Made by a program: the position numbers and the translations under genes
NCBI GenBank assembly: GCA_024654535.1
Contig: JANLHL010000016.1
Location: 224,626-288,625, forward strand
Direction of reading: 5' to 3'
DNA: 64,000 nt
From: Candidatus Roizmanbacteria bacterium
Lineage (GTDB): Bacteria > Patescibacteriota > Microgenomatia > UBA1406
The notes under the pieces: generated by a model
The model's input: the letters and a program-made list of their open reading frames with translations, nothing else
Databases searched by the model: none
Told to the model about the DNA's origin: nothing
Shown here: positions 54,208 through 64,000 of the stretch, one piece after another
Layout of the letters: each line of letters begins with the position of its first letter
Position numbering within the stretch: position 1 is the first letter of the stretch

Positions 54208-54774
54208 TTATCCCTGACTCTTCCCCGCCTTGTATTCAGTCCTATTCAAATCTTGTGGTGATGATTTACGTTTTTTAGTTGCAAACAAACTCCCTCGTTG
54301 TTTCTTGCCACTCACCGGAATATGCAGTTCCAAGGGAGCATGCGCTTGATCTCTCTCACTCAGCTGCTTCATGCTACGGTCGTACGCACTCTCTTGAGGC
54401 TGATTCGTCGCGTTAAATTGACCCCGTAGTGCAGCTCCAAGCGTTTGTTTCGCCTGCGCTTGTTTTTTTGCATCATTCTTGGCAAAAAGCTCTTGTATAT
54501 TAAGAGCGCTATGCGCTCCTTCCTTCGCACTTATCGGCGGCTTACCTACTCTCTCTTCACCTTTCAGCCAATCTTTTGCCCATGAATTACCATCCTCATG
54601 CGTTACACTTCCAAATAGAGCAGTCTTGATAAGATCGACAGGGAGCATAGTGACTCCCTTTACAATCTCTTTTCCCATTTCACCAAATTGAGCTCCGACC
54701 TCATGTGACACGTCGTAAAAAAACGAACCGATACTTTGTCTTAGTCCACTTTTATTTTTATTTCGTAGTATCAT
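54208..54774 (-). CDS. Hypothetical protein (Lys/Gln/Ala-rich, likely disordered C-half)
   Basis: ORF only. Confidence 0.35.
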   Translation of the reverse strand: MILRNKNKSGLRQSIGSFFYDVSHEVGAQFGEMGKEIVKGVTMLPVDLIKTALFGSVTHEDGNSWAKDWLKGEERVGKPPISAKEGAHSALNIQELFAKNDAKKQAQAKQTLGAALRGQFNATNQPQESAYDRSMKQLSERDQAHAPLELHIPVSGKKQRGSLFATKKRKSSPQDLNRTEYKAGKSQG

Positions 54775-54802
54775 TTTTTATGATTACTTTTCATTTTTAA
54801 CC

Positions 54803-55117
54803 CTAGACAATTCCTAGTTTTACCCTTGCGTCATCACTGAGCATTTCCATAGACCACGGAGGATCAAATACTAAGTTTGGTAATACTTTTTTTACCCATG
54901 ACAACTCTTGTACTTTTTCAATAATTTGCTGCTCAATAAGAGAATAAAGCGGACACCCTATGGTGGTAAGCGTCATCGTTACGTTCACACTGCCGTTCTT
55001 TTCTGAAACACTGTAGATGAGCCCCATGTCGGTAAGCGGGATATAGAGTTCAGGATCAAGGATTTCTGCCAACTTCCTCCACACTTCTTTTTCTCGAGGC
55101 GTTTTCACTTTTTCCAT
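54803..55117 (-). CDS. DUF59/MIP18-family (SufT/PaaD-like) Fe-S assembly protein
   Basis: LDPELYIPLTDMGLIYSV...TLTTIGCPL. Confidence 0.75.
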   Translation of the reverse strand: MEKVKTPREKEVWRKLAEILDPELYIPLTDMGLIYSVSEKNGSVNVTMTLTTIGCPLYSLIEQQIIEKVQELSWVKKVLPNLVFDPPWSMEMLSDDARVKLGIV

Positions 55118-55184
55118 GAGAACATTATATCAGCTCTCAGCTTAAAACTAGGCATCTAAACGTGCCCATCCAAGCGAGCCAAGC

Positions 55185-55691
55185 TCATACACTCCTAAAG
55201 GGGGTTTGAGTACGAGATCGGATTTCCCTTTTTACGATATATGTTACTGCCAGGATGACAATCGGGACCACATATGAGGCAACTGCAAAAACAGGATCTG
55301 TCCAACTAAAGAGTCCACGAATAGAATAATGAGATAGAGGGTATAAAAATGGCGTTTGAAAATGTGTATGGCCTGGCAAATCCATAAGTATGTGCATGAG
55401 TGGCCACGCAAGCATTTCAAATGGAAATTTCCTTTTCAAAATATAAACAACCCCTATGATTGAAAAGCTTATGATAAAACTGTGTGTCGATGCATAGAGG
55501 TGATACATCCAAAGCGGCCCATTTGAATAGTCAGTCGGAACTGCACTTTTCGTTAAAATAAGATATATGGCTAAGGGAATTGCCCACACAAAATCTGGAA
55601 ATATAGCCCACCACACAGCCTTCTTCCAATTCAAACGTGGAATAGGTTTGTATACTGCATAGGCTAGTAGAGCATGTGCTGGAATGGTCAT
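55185..55691 (-). CDS. Membrane-bound metal-dependent hydrolase-like protein (YdjM/DUF457-like)
   Basis: 4-5 TM helices with His-rich loops (MHILMDLPGHTH). ATGA overlap with trmD. Confidence 0.4.
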   Translation of the reverse strand: MTIPAHALLAYAVYKPIPRLNWKKAVWWAIFPDFVWAIPLAIYLILTKSAVPTDYSNGPLWMYHLYASTHSFIISFSIIGVVYILKRKFPFEMLAWPLMHILMDLPGHTHFQTPFLYPLSHYSIRGLFSWTDPVFAVASYVVPIVILAVTYIVKREIRSRTQTPFRSV

Positions 55692-56446
55692 AATAAATCA
55701 GGTCTTCTTTTTTTTGTAATAACCCATGCTTGCTTGAGCCGCCACGCAGCAATTTTTTTATGATCGCCCGATAAAAGTATAGCGGGAACTTCCTGCTTGT
55801 CAAATTCCTGTGGACGCGTATATTGAGGATACTCAAGCAAACGCACTTTTTGTATACCTTTTCGCTCTAGTTTTTCAATCAATACATCGTTTATACCTGC
55901 TCGCTTTATTTCATCGAGTAACACTTCTTGAAATGTTTCTTCTGTGGTAGCTGTTTCCTTTTCAAGTACACCTGGTAACAAACGGACAACGCTATCTATG
56001 AGCATAGCTGCCGGAAGTTCTCCACCAGTTAAAACAAAATCGCCAATTGAAATCTCTTCGTCTACGTGTTGCATTATTCGCTCATCAACTCCCTCGTAAT
56101 GCCCCGCTATGATCAGTAGATGTTCGAGTTTTGCATATCTCTTTGCGTGTTTTTGTGTGTACGTTTCTCCTCGTGCAGAGGTAAGGACTATATGGGTGTT
56201 TTCCCCGTGATGCTTCTTTTGAGTAAGTGAAGAAATAGCCTTACTCAAAACATCAACCCTCATAAGCATGCCTGCTCCCCCTCCATACACATGGTCATCC
56301 ACTGTCCCATATGCATCAATGGCAAAATCGCGTATGTTTATAACATCAATACTAACTGCCTTTTTCGCTTGTGCTCTCTTCACTATGCTTTCGTTTAGAA
56401 AACCACTCAGCATATCTGGAAACAGAGTTAATATAGTAATATGCAT
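55688..56446 (-). CDS. trmD: tRNA (guanine37-N1)-methyltransferase TrmD
   Basis: ILTLFPDM, IIAGHYEGVDERI, SIGDFVLTGGELPA. Start moved to ATG 56446. Confidence 0.9.
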   Translation of the reverse strand: MHITILTLFPDMLSGFLNESIVKRAQAKKAVSIDVINIRDFAIDAYGTVDDHVYGGGAGMLMRVDVLSKAISSLTQKKHHGENTHIVLTSARGETYTQKHAKRYAKLEHLLIIAGHYEGVDERIMQHVDEEISIGDFVLTGGELPAAMLIDSVVRLLPGVLEKETATTEETFQEVLLDEIKRAGINDVLIEKLERKGIQKVRLLEYPQYTRPQEFDKQEVPAILLSGDHKKIAAWRLKQAWVITKKRRPDLL

Positions 56447-56506
56447 TATAGCTAGTATATCACGTACGGACTGGTAGTTTCCTCTCTTATACGGTATACT
56501 GTGTGT

Positions 56507-57484
56507 ATGCTTATCGATACTGCACACATCACCGTCAAGGCTGGAGATGGTGGTGATGGGCGGGTATCATTTCGTAGAGAAAAATATATTCCAAAAGGAG
56601 GTCCAGATGGAGGTAATGGTGGAAAAGGTGGCAATGTTTATATTCAAGGTAGAAACGATATACGTCTCTTAAAAAAATACCGCGCAAAAACTAGAATAGA
56701 CGCAGATGACGGAGATAATGGACAAGAAAATAAAAAAACCGGTAAGAATGGTCGCGACACTACCCTACTCGTACCTTTAGGTACTCGAGTGATAATACAC
56801 CCATACAATATAGTACTGGATATCGTAGAAGAAGAAAAACCGTATCGTATTGCGAGTGGTGGAAAGGGTGGAAAGGGAAACTGGGAATTTAGATCAGCCA
56901 CGAATCAAACCCCTCGTGAAGCCGAGAAAGGCCGTCTCGGTGAGACGGTTCAGCTCGTTTTTGAACTTCGTCTTATTGCAGATATTGGCTTAATGGGTTT
57001 GCCAAATGTTGGCAAGTCAAGTCTGCTGAATGTCCTTACTCAAGCACATGCACGTGTTGCAGACTATCACTTTACAACACTGGAACCAAACTTAGGTACA
57101 TTTCAAAAGTATATTATTGCGGATATTCCTGGGCTTATAGAGGGTGCATCAAATGGAAAAGGTCTTGGTTTTCAATTCTTGAAACATATATCGAGAACTC
57201 GTCTGTTAGTGCATTGTATAGCGTGCGATTCTCCCGATCCTAAGCGTGACTACGATACGGTGCAAAGAGAGCTACAAACATACGATATAGATCTTCTTGA
57301 GCGTCCTCAAATTATTCTGTGCACCAAAAGCGATTTACTACCGGAAATGTCAAACGCCCAAAAGAAACAGTTTATGAAGAAAATTCGCTCGCTTGCTTCC
57401 GATGTCTTATTTGTTTCTATTCTCGACGATGAATCGATAGATACGCTTACTCAAACTTTGATCGAAAAACTCAACAGTAAATAA
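56507..57484 (+). CDS. obg: GTPase Obg/CgtA (no OCT domain)
   Basis: MLIDTAHITVKAGDGGDGRVSFRREKYIPKGGPDGGNGGKGGNV Obg fold and G1 GLPNVGKSSLL. ATG 56507 lies 6 nt after TATACT. Confidence 0.9.
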   Translation: MLIDTAHITVKAGDGGDGRVSFRREKYIPKGGPDGGNGGKGGNVYIQGRNDIRLLKKYRAKTRIDADDGDNGQENKKTGKNGRDTTLLVPLGTRVIIHPYNIVLDIVEEEKPYRIASGGKGGKGNWEFRSATNQTPREAEKGRLGETVQLVFELRLIADIGLMGLPNVGKSSLLNVLTQAHARVADYHFTTLEPNLGTFQKYIIADIPGLIEGASNGKGLGFQFLKHISRTRLLVHCIACDSPDPKRDYDTVQRELQTYDIDLLERPQIILCTKSDLLPEMSNAQKKQFMKKIRSLASDVLFVSILDDESIDTLTQTLIEKLNSK

Positions 57485-57486
57485 AT

Positions 57487-57515
57487 TTGAACTTTTGGCA
57501 TCGAGCAGGTAGAGT
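57487..57515 (+). promoter_or_regulatory. Promoter of the MFS transporter gene (leaderless type)
   Basis: TTGAAC (57487-57492)-N17-TAGAGT (57510-57515)-N6-ATG 57522. Confidence 0.5.
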
Positions 57516-57521
57516 TAGCAT

Positions 57522-58751
57522 ATGATAGGAGCACCATTTCTTCATGAAGATACCAATAGGTTTGATACTTTCTTGTTTTCAATTCTAACTGCCCTATTTT
57601 CATTAGCAACAGGAGCAGTTTTATATCTACTTCCTCTCTACCTTTTAGGACTTGTTGGATCCGCTGCGCTTGTTGGACTTATTATTGGTGGCACATACCT
57701 ATGGAATATAGCAGTTGACTTACTACTCACAAAGCTTGGGAAAAAGAGTAGATACTCACTGATTATTAAAGTTTCATTTCTGATACTTTTACTGTTTGCC
57801 TCAGTAAATACCATTCACGTTGATATTCGATTTGTCATACTATCACTCCTTATGCTTGGGACTGCACAAGAGTTATTTCAATTTGGCACATATCAATATA
57901 TAGCACAGAAAGGCAATGACAAAACGTACTCACGTCTCTTTTCTGTATTTTCATTTTTCAGTGCGCTTGGTATGTCGCTCGGTCCGATAGTAAGCTCATT
58001 CGTTCTCACTATTCATTATCGATTTATGTTCGATATTATTGGATATATTGCACTAATTTGTGTAGGCATTTCTCTCACTTGGCTCGATCGACAAAACCAG
58101 AACCAGCAATTAGAACTGGTGAAGCCACTTGCACGATGGTCATTGGTAAAGGAATGGCACGTATGGAAACACTTATTGAGGGGGGACGTAACGTTATTTT
58201 TTGCTTTTTTGCTTTTTGGCGTCTTTTGGGGGATGGTCTGGTTTGTCGGACCACTGTTGTCGTTAGATACGCTTCACCTTGGCGCATGGGCTGGCGTACT
58301 TATGGGTGCATTCTCACTGCCAAGAATGTTACCACGTTCATGGTTCAAAACCTTGCACATTATTTCTCCACCCTATCAAATTGCCCTTTCTTTTCTCTGT
58401 ACTGGCTTCTCACTTCTTCTATTTACTATCGTCACTAACCCAATTCTCATTCTACTGTGTGCATTTGTTGCAGTAGCTGTTTTGCAGATAGCATATCCAA
58501 CAGTCGCAACACTACTTGAAGAAAAAGCTAAGCAATCTCAAGATCAATCCCAATACGAGGGCGGTAGCCTATTATTTAGGAACGTAGGTTATATCTTAGG
58601 TTCGCTTATTGCAGGCGCACTCGTAGCTCAATCCTATAGCCTCACCTACCCATTTTTAGTTCTGTCACTCTTGTTCTTTATTGCTGCACTGCTGTTTGTC
58701 TATCACGCAAAAACAACGTCTATAGTCGAGTGGCTGAGTAGAAAAATATAG
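57522..58751 (+). CDS. Major facilitator superfamily transporter
   Basis: About 12 TM helices in a 6+6 arrangement. Confidence 0.65.
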   Translation: MIGAPFLHEDTNRFDTFLFSILTALFSLATGAVLYLLPLYLLGLVGSAALVGLIIGGTYLWNIAVDLLLTKLGKKSRYSLIIKVSFLILLLFASVNTIHVDIRFVILSLLMLGTAQELFQFGTYQYIAQKGNDKTYSRLFSVFSFFSALGMSLGPIVSSFVLTIHYRFMFDIIGYIALICVGISLTWLDRQNQNQQLELVKPLARWSLVKEWHVWKHLLRGDVTLFFAFLLFGVFWGMVWFVGPLLSLDTLHLGAWAGVLMGAFSLPRMLPRSWFKTLHIISPPYQIALSFLCTGFSLLLFTIVTNPILILLCAFVAVAVLQIAYPTVATLLEEKAKQSQDQSQYEGGSLLFRNVGYILGSLIAGALVAQSYSLTYPFLVLSLLFFIAALLFVYHAKTTSIVEWLSRKI

Positions 58752-58766
58752 CATTTCAAACATATA

Positions 58767-61700
58767 TCAGGCACCGTATTCATCCCATGCATTAATACTC
58801 AGTTGCTCCAGTGTGTAATCAGAACAAGCCTTAATAAATGCCATCGCTTTTTTACTGTCAGTAATTAAATAGACATTACTATCGATCGTTGCTCGACGAA
58901 TGATGTAGTCGTCACGAACATCTTTCTTATAACTTGAATCGACGATATTAATGACGATGTCTATTTTCTTTTTATGCAAAAAGTCTATGACATTTGGTTT
59001 CATTCTTTCATGTATCTTATAGAGTTTTCGGGCATAAATTTTATTCTTTCTCAAAAATCTTGCCGTCTTATCAGTCGCGTAAATAGGTAATCCTAACTTG
59101 CTCATCCGGTATGCAGTACGCAAAAAGCGGATTTTATTCTCGTCCCCACCAAGCGATAAAAAGATACCTTTCGAAGGTATTTTTCCACCAACGCTGAGCT
59201 CAGCTTTTAGCAATGCCTCTTCAAACGTATGCCCAAAACAACCCACTTCCCCAGTCGAGGCCATCTCGACTCGCAAGGTCGGATCTGCTCCCTCAAGCCG
59301 CGCAAAGGAAAACTGAGGAGCTTTCACGACTACATAATCGCAATATCCCAATGTATGTTTTTTTCCTTTTCCAAAAAAGCTATCTGCTATATATCGCGTG
59401 AAGTTTACGTTGGATGCTTTCGATATAAATGGCAATGTTCTTGATGCGCGAAGATTTAGTTCAATAACATAGACAATGTTGTTTCTCGCTAAAAATTGAA
59501 TATTGAACGGACCAGTTATAGAAAATTTCTTTGCGAGTTTATGAGCAATATTTTGAATCTGGCTCTCTGTCTTCAAATATACCTTTTGAGCTGGATACGC
59601 AATGGTCGCATCTCCAGAGTGAACACCGGCACTTTCTACATGTTCTGAAATCGCCTGTATAAGAATCTCTCCATACTGCGCTACACCATCATATTCTATC
59701 TCCCGTGCACCCTCAACAAACTTTGATACAGTCACGGGATATTTTTTATTAATATACCCAACTGTTCCCATATACTCTTCGAGGTCTTTCTTTGTATAGC
59801 ACACCATCATCGCATCACCCGAGAGAACAAATGATGGACGTATCAACACTGGATACCCTACGTTCTCAGCAAAAGAAACGGCTTTATCAACTGAAGTAAG
59901 TTGTGACCATGACGGTTGCTTTATGTCGAGTGTGTCGAGCGTGTCAGAAAATGTATTTCTGTTCTCTGCTTTCCTTATTTCCAATGGATCAGTCCCTAAG
60001 ATGTGTGCGCCGTTTTTGGCGAGAGGTAAAGCCAAGTTGTTTGGAATTTGTCCGCCAACTGACACTATTACACCATATGGATTTTCAAAAGAATAGATAT
60101 CGAGTATCCTCTCCAGTGTTAATTCCTCAAAATACAAACGATCAGACATGTCATAATCTGTAGAAACAGTTTCTGGATTGCAGTTTATAATTATCGACTT
60201 CTTCTTATGCTTATGCAAATACTGTGCCGTATTGACACAAGCCCAATCGAATTCAACTGATGAACCAATTCTATACGGCCCAGAACCTAGTACAATAATT
60301 GCTCTGTGCATGAGTGGACGAATATCATGATGCGAACCTATATAGGTTGCGTAGAGATAGTTAGTTTTTGCTGGCACCTCACCGGCCAATGTGTCTATTT
60401 GGAAAAATGAGGGGGTTATAGCATTTGCAATACGTATCTTTCGTACATCCTCCTCTTTCTTTTTTGTCAGTTGTGCTATACAACTATCAGAATATCCACT
60501 TTGCTTTGCTTCTGTTAATACTTGTATTGATAACGTGTGGGCCTCATGTTTTAGCTTCTTTTCTATCGAAACTATTTTAGAAATCCCGTACAAAAACCAA
60601 GGATCTATACCAGTCATCTCGTGAATATCTGGAATCGTAAAACCTCTTCTTAAAGCCTCATACAAGTGAAAAATTCGCTTCGGTGTAGGATTTTCTAACA
60701 ATGTGCGTATGTCTGTATCTTTCATACTTACATACGTATCACTAACTATACCATCTTCTCCAATATCAAGCATGCGTATAGCCTTTTGAAGTGTCTCTTC
60801 AAAATTTCTACCTATAGCCATTACTTCACCAACCGATTTCATACTGCTACCAATTTGCTGATGAACATCCTTAAATTTATCCAGATCCCACCGTGGCATC
60901 TTAACGACTATATAATCAAGTGCAGGTTCAAAAAACGCAGAAGTCGTGTGTGTTACTGTATTTTTAAGCTCAAATAATCCTCTACCTAAAGCTAATTTTG
61001 CTGCAACATAGGCTAGTGGATAACCGGTCGCTTTTGATGCCAAAGCGGATGAACGAGAAAGACGAGCATTCACTTCGATAACTGCGTAGTCAATATCTTG
61101 CTTTTTAGGATGTGGATTGAGTGCAAACTGTACATTGCACTCCCCAACTATTTTCAACGATTGTACTATGTCAATTGCCTTTTCTCGCAAAAAATGATAT
61201 TCATGGTTTGAAAGTGTTTGGCTCGGTGCAACAACAATAGATTCCCCAGTGTGAATGCCAAGCGGATCCATATTTTCCATATTACAGACAGTGACACAAT
61301 TACCAAATCGGTCACGAACAACCTCGTACTCAATTTCCTTATAGTGATGCAGGTATTGTTCGACTAAGACTTGTGATGAGAATGAAAAGGCATCTGTGAC
61401 GCGTTGATGTAACTGCTTCTCATTGTACGCAGGACCAGATTTTTGACCTCCTAATGCATATGCTGCTCTTACCATAACTGGGTATCCGAGCCTTTTTGCA
61501 GCTAGTTTAGATTGTGCAACGGTTGTAGTAGCTATACTTTTTGGAGTATTTATCTGAATCTTCTTAAGGTGATGAGCAAATTTATCCCTATCTTCCGTTT
61601 TGATTATTGAACTCACATGGGTACCATAGACCGTTATGTTATGTTTTTGTAAAATCTTCTTTCTATAAAGTTCAACGCCGCAATTGAGAGCTGTTTGGCC

Positions 61701-61973
61701 TCCGAAAGAAAGAAAGATACCATCTGGCTTCTCTTTTTCTATTATCCTCTCTACAAAATATGGCGTAATGGCCAAAAAATATACTTTATCAGCAAGCATA
61801 TCCGAAGTTTGGATAGTCGCAATGTTTGGATTCACCAGCACTGTATATATCCCCTCTTCTTTCAATGCTTTTATTGCCTGAGAGCCGGAATAATCGAATT
61901 CTCCTGCTTCACCTATTTTAAGCGCTCCAGAACCCAATACTAACATCTTTTGCACTTTTATTTTCAAGCTCAT
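58767..61973 (-). CDS. carB: Carbamoyl-phosphate synthase large subunit
   Basis: 1068 aa with two ATP-grasp halves. N-terminus VLGSGALKIGEAGEFDYSGSQA; MGS-like C-terminus. Confidence 0.95.
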   Translation of the reverse strand: MSLKIKVQKMLVLGSGALKIGEAGEFDYSGSQAIKALKEEGIYTVLVNPNIATIQTSDMLADKVYFLAITPYFVERIIEKEKPDGIFLSFGGQTALNCGVELYRKKILQKHNITVYGTHVSSIIKTEDRDKFAHHLKKIQINTPKSIATTTVAQSKLAAKRLGYPVMVRAAYALGGQKSGPAYNEKQLHQRVTDAFSFSSQVLVEQYLHHYKEIEYEVVRDRFGNCVTVCNMENMDPLGIHTGESIVVAPSQTLSNHEYHFLREKAIDIVQSLKIVGECNVQFALNPHPKKQDIDYAVIEVNARLSRSSALASKATGYPLAYVAAKLALGRGLFELKNTVTHTTSAFFEPALDYIVVKMPRWDLDKFKDVHQQIGSSMKSVGEVMAIGRNFEETLQKAIRMLDIGEDGIVSDTYVSMKDTDIRTLLENPTPKRIFHLYEALRRGFTIPDIHEMTGIDPWFLYGISKIVSIEKKLKHEAHTLSIQVLTEAKQSGYSDSCIAQLTKKKEEDVRKIRIANAITPSFFQIDTLAGEVPAKTNYLYATYIGSHHDIRPLMHRAIIVLGSGPYRIGSSVEFDWACVNTAQYLHKHKKKSIIINCNPETVSTDYDMSDRLYFEELTLERILDIYSFENPYGVIVSVGGQIPNNLALPLAKNGAHILGTDPLEIRKAENRNTFSDTLDTLDIKQPSWSQLTSVDKAVSFAENVGYPVLIRPSFVLSGDAMMVCYTKKDLEEYMGTVGYINKKYPVTVSKFVEGAREIEYDGVAQYGEILIQAISEHVESAGVHSGDATIAYPAQKVYLKTESQIQNIAHKLAKKFSITGPFNIQFLARNNIVYVIELNLRASRTLPFISKASNVNFTRYIADSFFGKGKKHTLGYCDYVVVKAPQFSFARLEGADPTLRVEMASTGEVGCFGHTFEEALLKAELSVGGKIPSKGIFLSLGGDENKIRFLRTAYRMSKLGLPIYATDKTARFLRKNKIYARKLYKIHERMKPNVIDFLHKKKIDIVINIVDSSYKKDVRDDYIIRRATIDSNVYLITDSKKAMAFIKACSDYTLEQLSINAWDEYGA

Positions 61974-63010
61974 AGACAGGAAATAAATTTATCAAATATC
62001 CACTGTGTATCCACTGGTCCTGGACATGCCTCCGGATGAAATTGCACCGAAAAAAAAGGTTTTGACGTATGGATAATCCCCTCATTTGTTTTATCGTTCA
62101 AATTTTCAAACCACGGTTTAAATCCACGTGGGATTTTACCGACTGCATATCCATGGTTTTGAGTTGTCAGAAAACAACGAGATGTTCCAATTTCCCTACA
62201 TGGCTGATTTTGTCCTCTGTGACCAAATTTAAGTTTATAGGTATCACCTCCAGCAGCGAGCGCTAAAAGCTGATTCCCTAAACATATCCCAAGTAGTGGC
62301 TTATTTTTCGTAAGTGCGTACGTTATTGCGTTAATAGTTTCGTTGCACATTTTTGGATCTCCAGGGCCATTCGATACTACGATCCCGTCGTACACGAGTG
62401 AACTCGCAGCCAGATCGTAATTCCAAGGAACTTTAATAACTTTTACTTTTCTTTTTATGAGTGAACGTAGTATGTTTCTCTTTACGCCACAATCGATAAG
62501 TACTACTACTTTTTTTCCTTTGCCATACGTTTGCACACTCTTGCATGATACGGCAGACACGAGGTTCACTTTATTTGGATCAGAAAATTTAATATCTGGA
62601 CCTATAATAATCTTTCCTAACATAGCTCCATTCGTCCTTATTTTTTGAACAAGAAAGCGCGTATCTTCAACAATGAGAGCGGGAATCTTTTGTTTAATGA
62701 GCCATGCACTAAGAGTCATTGTGCTCTGCCAATGTGACGGTGTATCAACGTATTGCGCAACAACAAGCCCAGAAACATGTATGCGGCTGGATTCCCAAAA
62801 ATCCTGAGAAGGAACGCCATAGTTCCCAATGAGTGGATACGAGAGTACTAAAAGTTGACCGCTATACGATGGATCAGTGAGACTTTCTGGATAACCCACC
62901 ATACCAGTTGAGAAAGCGAGCTCTCCCGAAATAGATTGTTGGTATCCAAATGACGTTGCCTCAATGCGTGATCCGTCTTGCAGTTCTAAGTATGACGGCT
63001 GATTAATCAT
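61970..63010 (-). CDS. carA: Carbamoyl-phosphate synthase small (glutaminase) subunit
   Basis: LGICLGNQLL nucleophile elbow and VQFHPEA. ATGA overlap with carB. Start set at MINQPSY, after the pyrB stop. Confidence 0.9.
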   Translation of the reverse strand: MINQPSYLELQDGSRIEATSFGYQQSISGELAFSTGMVGYPESLTDPSYSGQLLVLSYPLIGNYGVPSQDFWESSRIHVSGLVVAQYVDTPSHWQSTMTLSAWLIKQKIPALIVEDTRFLVQKIRTNGAMLGKIIIGPDIKFSDPNKVNLVSAVSCKSVQTYGKGKKVVVLIDCGVKRNILRSLIKRKVKVIKVPWNYDLAASSLVYDGIVVSNGPGDPKMCNETINAITYALTKNKPLLGICLGNQLLALAAGGDTYKLKFGHRGQNQPCREIGTSRCFLTTQNHGYAVGKIPRGFKPWFENLNDKTNEGIIHTSKPFFSVQFHPEACPGPVDTQWIFDKFISCL

Positions 63011-63014
63011 GCAT

Positions 63015-63965
63015 TTATCCAAGTACAAGTTTGAGTAATGCCATACGAACATACATACCGTTCTTTACCTGTGTCGACAAATAAAGTGCTCTTGGATCTT
63101 TATCAATTTTTATATCAATCTCACCAATGCGAGGTAATGGATGCATAATGACCATGTTTGCATTCCCTTTTTGTTTCAGCAAACTCGGAGTAATAACAAA
63201 ACTTTTTTTGAGCTTTTCGTATTCTTCAGGATCAGAAAATCGTTCTTTTTGAACGCGTGTCCAGTACCAAAAATTGCAGTCTTTGGGAATGCTTTTCTCA
63301 TCTTTTATGTACTCAATCTTTATTTTCATTTTCTTTATTTCCTTTTCAACATATGGAGGCAATTTTAGTCGTTCTGGTGCAAGTAAATAGAGCGTATTAC
63401 CTTGATACTTGCCTAAACCTTTGATGAGCGAGTGTACTGTTCTCCCGTATAGTAAATCTCCCGCAATAAGACCTTTCAAGTTATGCAAACGTCCGAAGCG
63501 CCTATGCAATGTAAACATATCAAGAAGGGCTTGTGTCGGATGTTCACCTGATCCATCCCCTGCATTTATCATAGGAATATCGATCATTCTTGAAAGTTTT
63601 TTAACTATTCCTGTTGTAAAATGCCGCATCACTATACAGTCACTGTAGTTTGCAAAAACCCGTATCGTATCTTCCATCGTCTCCCCTTTTACGTATGAAG
63701 ATGTTGTCGTTGGGTTCTGATACTCAACAGTTTGTGCACCCATTCTTTTCGCTGCAGAAGAAAAAGAACTAAACGTACGCGATGATGGTTCATAAAAAAG
63801 AAGTGTTACTATTTTGCCATTCAATTCATGGTGAATCACACCCCTTTCATGTTCGTTGATAAGAGCGCTCGCCTCATTGAATACGCGGTTAAAGGAATCC
63901 GGAGTAAACTGATCGATAGATAGGATGCTTCTATTTGAGAATTGATCTTTTTTTATTTTTTGCAT
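63015..63965 (-). CDS. pyrB: Aspartate carbamoyltransferase catalytic subunit
   Basis: EPSSRTFSSF (S-x-R-T), HPTQALLD, MHPLPR. Confidence 0.9.
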   Translation of the reverse strand: MQKIKKDQFSNRSILSIDQFTPDSFNRVFNEASALINEHERGVIHHELNGKIVTLLFYEPSSRTFSSFSSAAKRMGAQTVEYQNPTTTSSYVKGETMEDTIRVFANYSDCIVMRHFTTGIVKKLSRMIDIPMINAGDGSGEHPTQALLDMFTLHRRFGRLHNLKGLIAGDLLYGRTVHSLIKGLGKYQGNTLYLLAPERLKLPPYVEKEIKKMKIKIEYIKDEKSIPKDCNFWYWTRVQKERFSDPEEYEKLKKSFVITPSLLKQKGNANMVIMHPLPRIGEIDIKIDKDPRALYLSTQVKNGMYVRMALLKLVLG

Positions 63966-64000
63966 ACATATATAAACTGTATCCTGAGTGATACTACCAC

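Overview
Low-GC, very gene-dense bacterial chromosome segment (hand-counted 60-nt blocks are mostly about 30-40% G+C). It uses the standard code: TAA, TAG and TGA all terminate convincing genes. I call about 75 protein genes, two tRNAs (Leu-UAG, Gly-UCC) and a stand-alone 5S rRNA. Content is mostly housekeeping: ychF, obg, dnaB, radA, ssb, rpsF/rpsR, rpmE, a release factor, RNase J, cysS, trmD and carAB-pyrB. There are also envelope and extracytoplasmic functions: GT2 + GT-C glycosyltransferases, an LCP-like protein, PAP2, HtrA, Ctp, a TlpA/DipZ thiol-redox module and a CsoR-CopA copper operon. The gene repertoire, unlinked 5S and repeat types fit a streamlined uncultivated lineage such as Patescibacteria/CPR, but that placement is inference only. 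Most notable observations: (1) a seven-gene LysW-type amino-group-carrier-protein operon (33152-39117) that ends in an Ntn/class-II-amidotransferase-like hydrolase where LysK is expected; (2) a release factor 1 lacking domain 1, in frame 9 nt behind rpmE; (3) a regular -10 box-N6-ATG (leaderless-type) architecture at 15 or more gene starts; (4) a four-copy family of long palindromic intergenic elements that abut stop codons; (5) an accessory islet (2169-6581) with a duplicated PGIPRTG sorting-signal tail, a clan-CD-like secreted peptidase and a GC-richer cassette that carries a Shine-Dalgarno (SD) sequence; (6) a 785-bp ORF-free convergent gap. I saw no CRISPR array, transposase or prophage genes.
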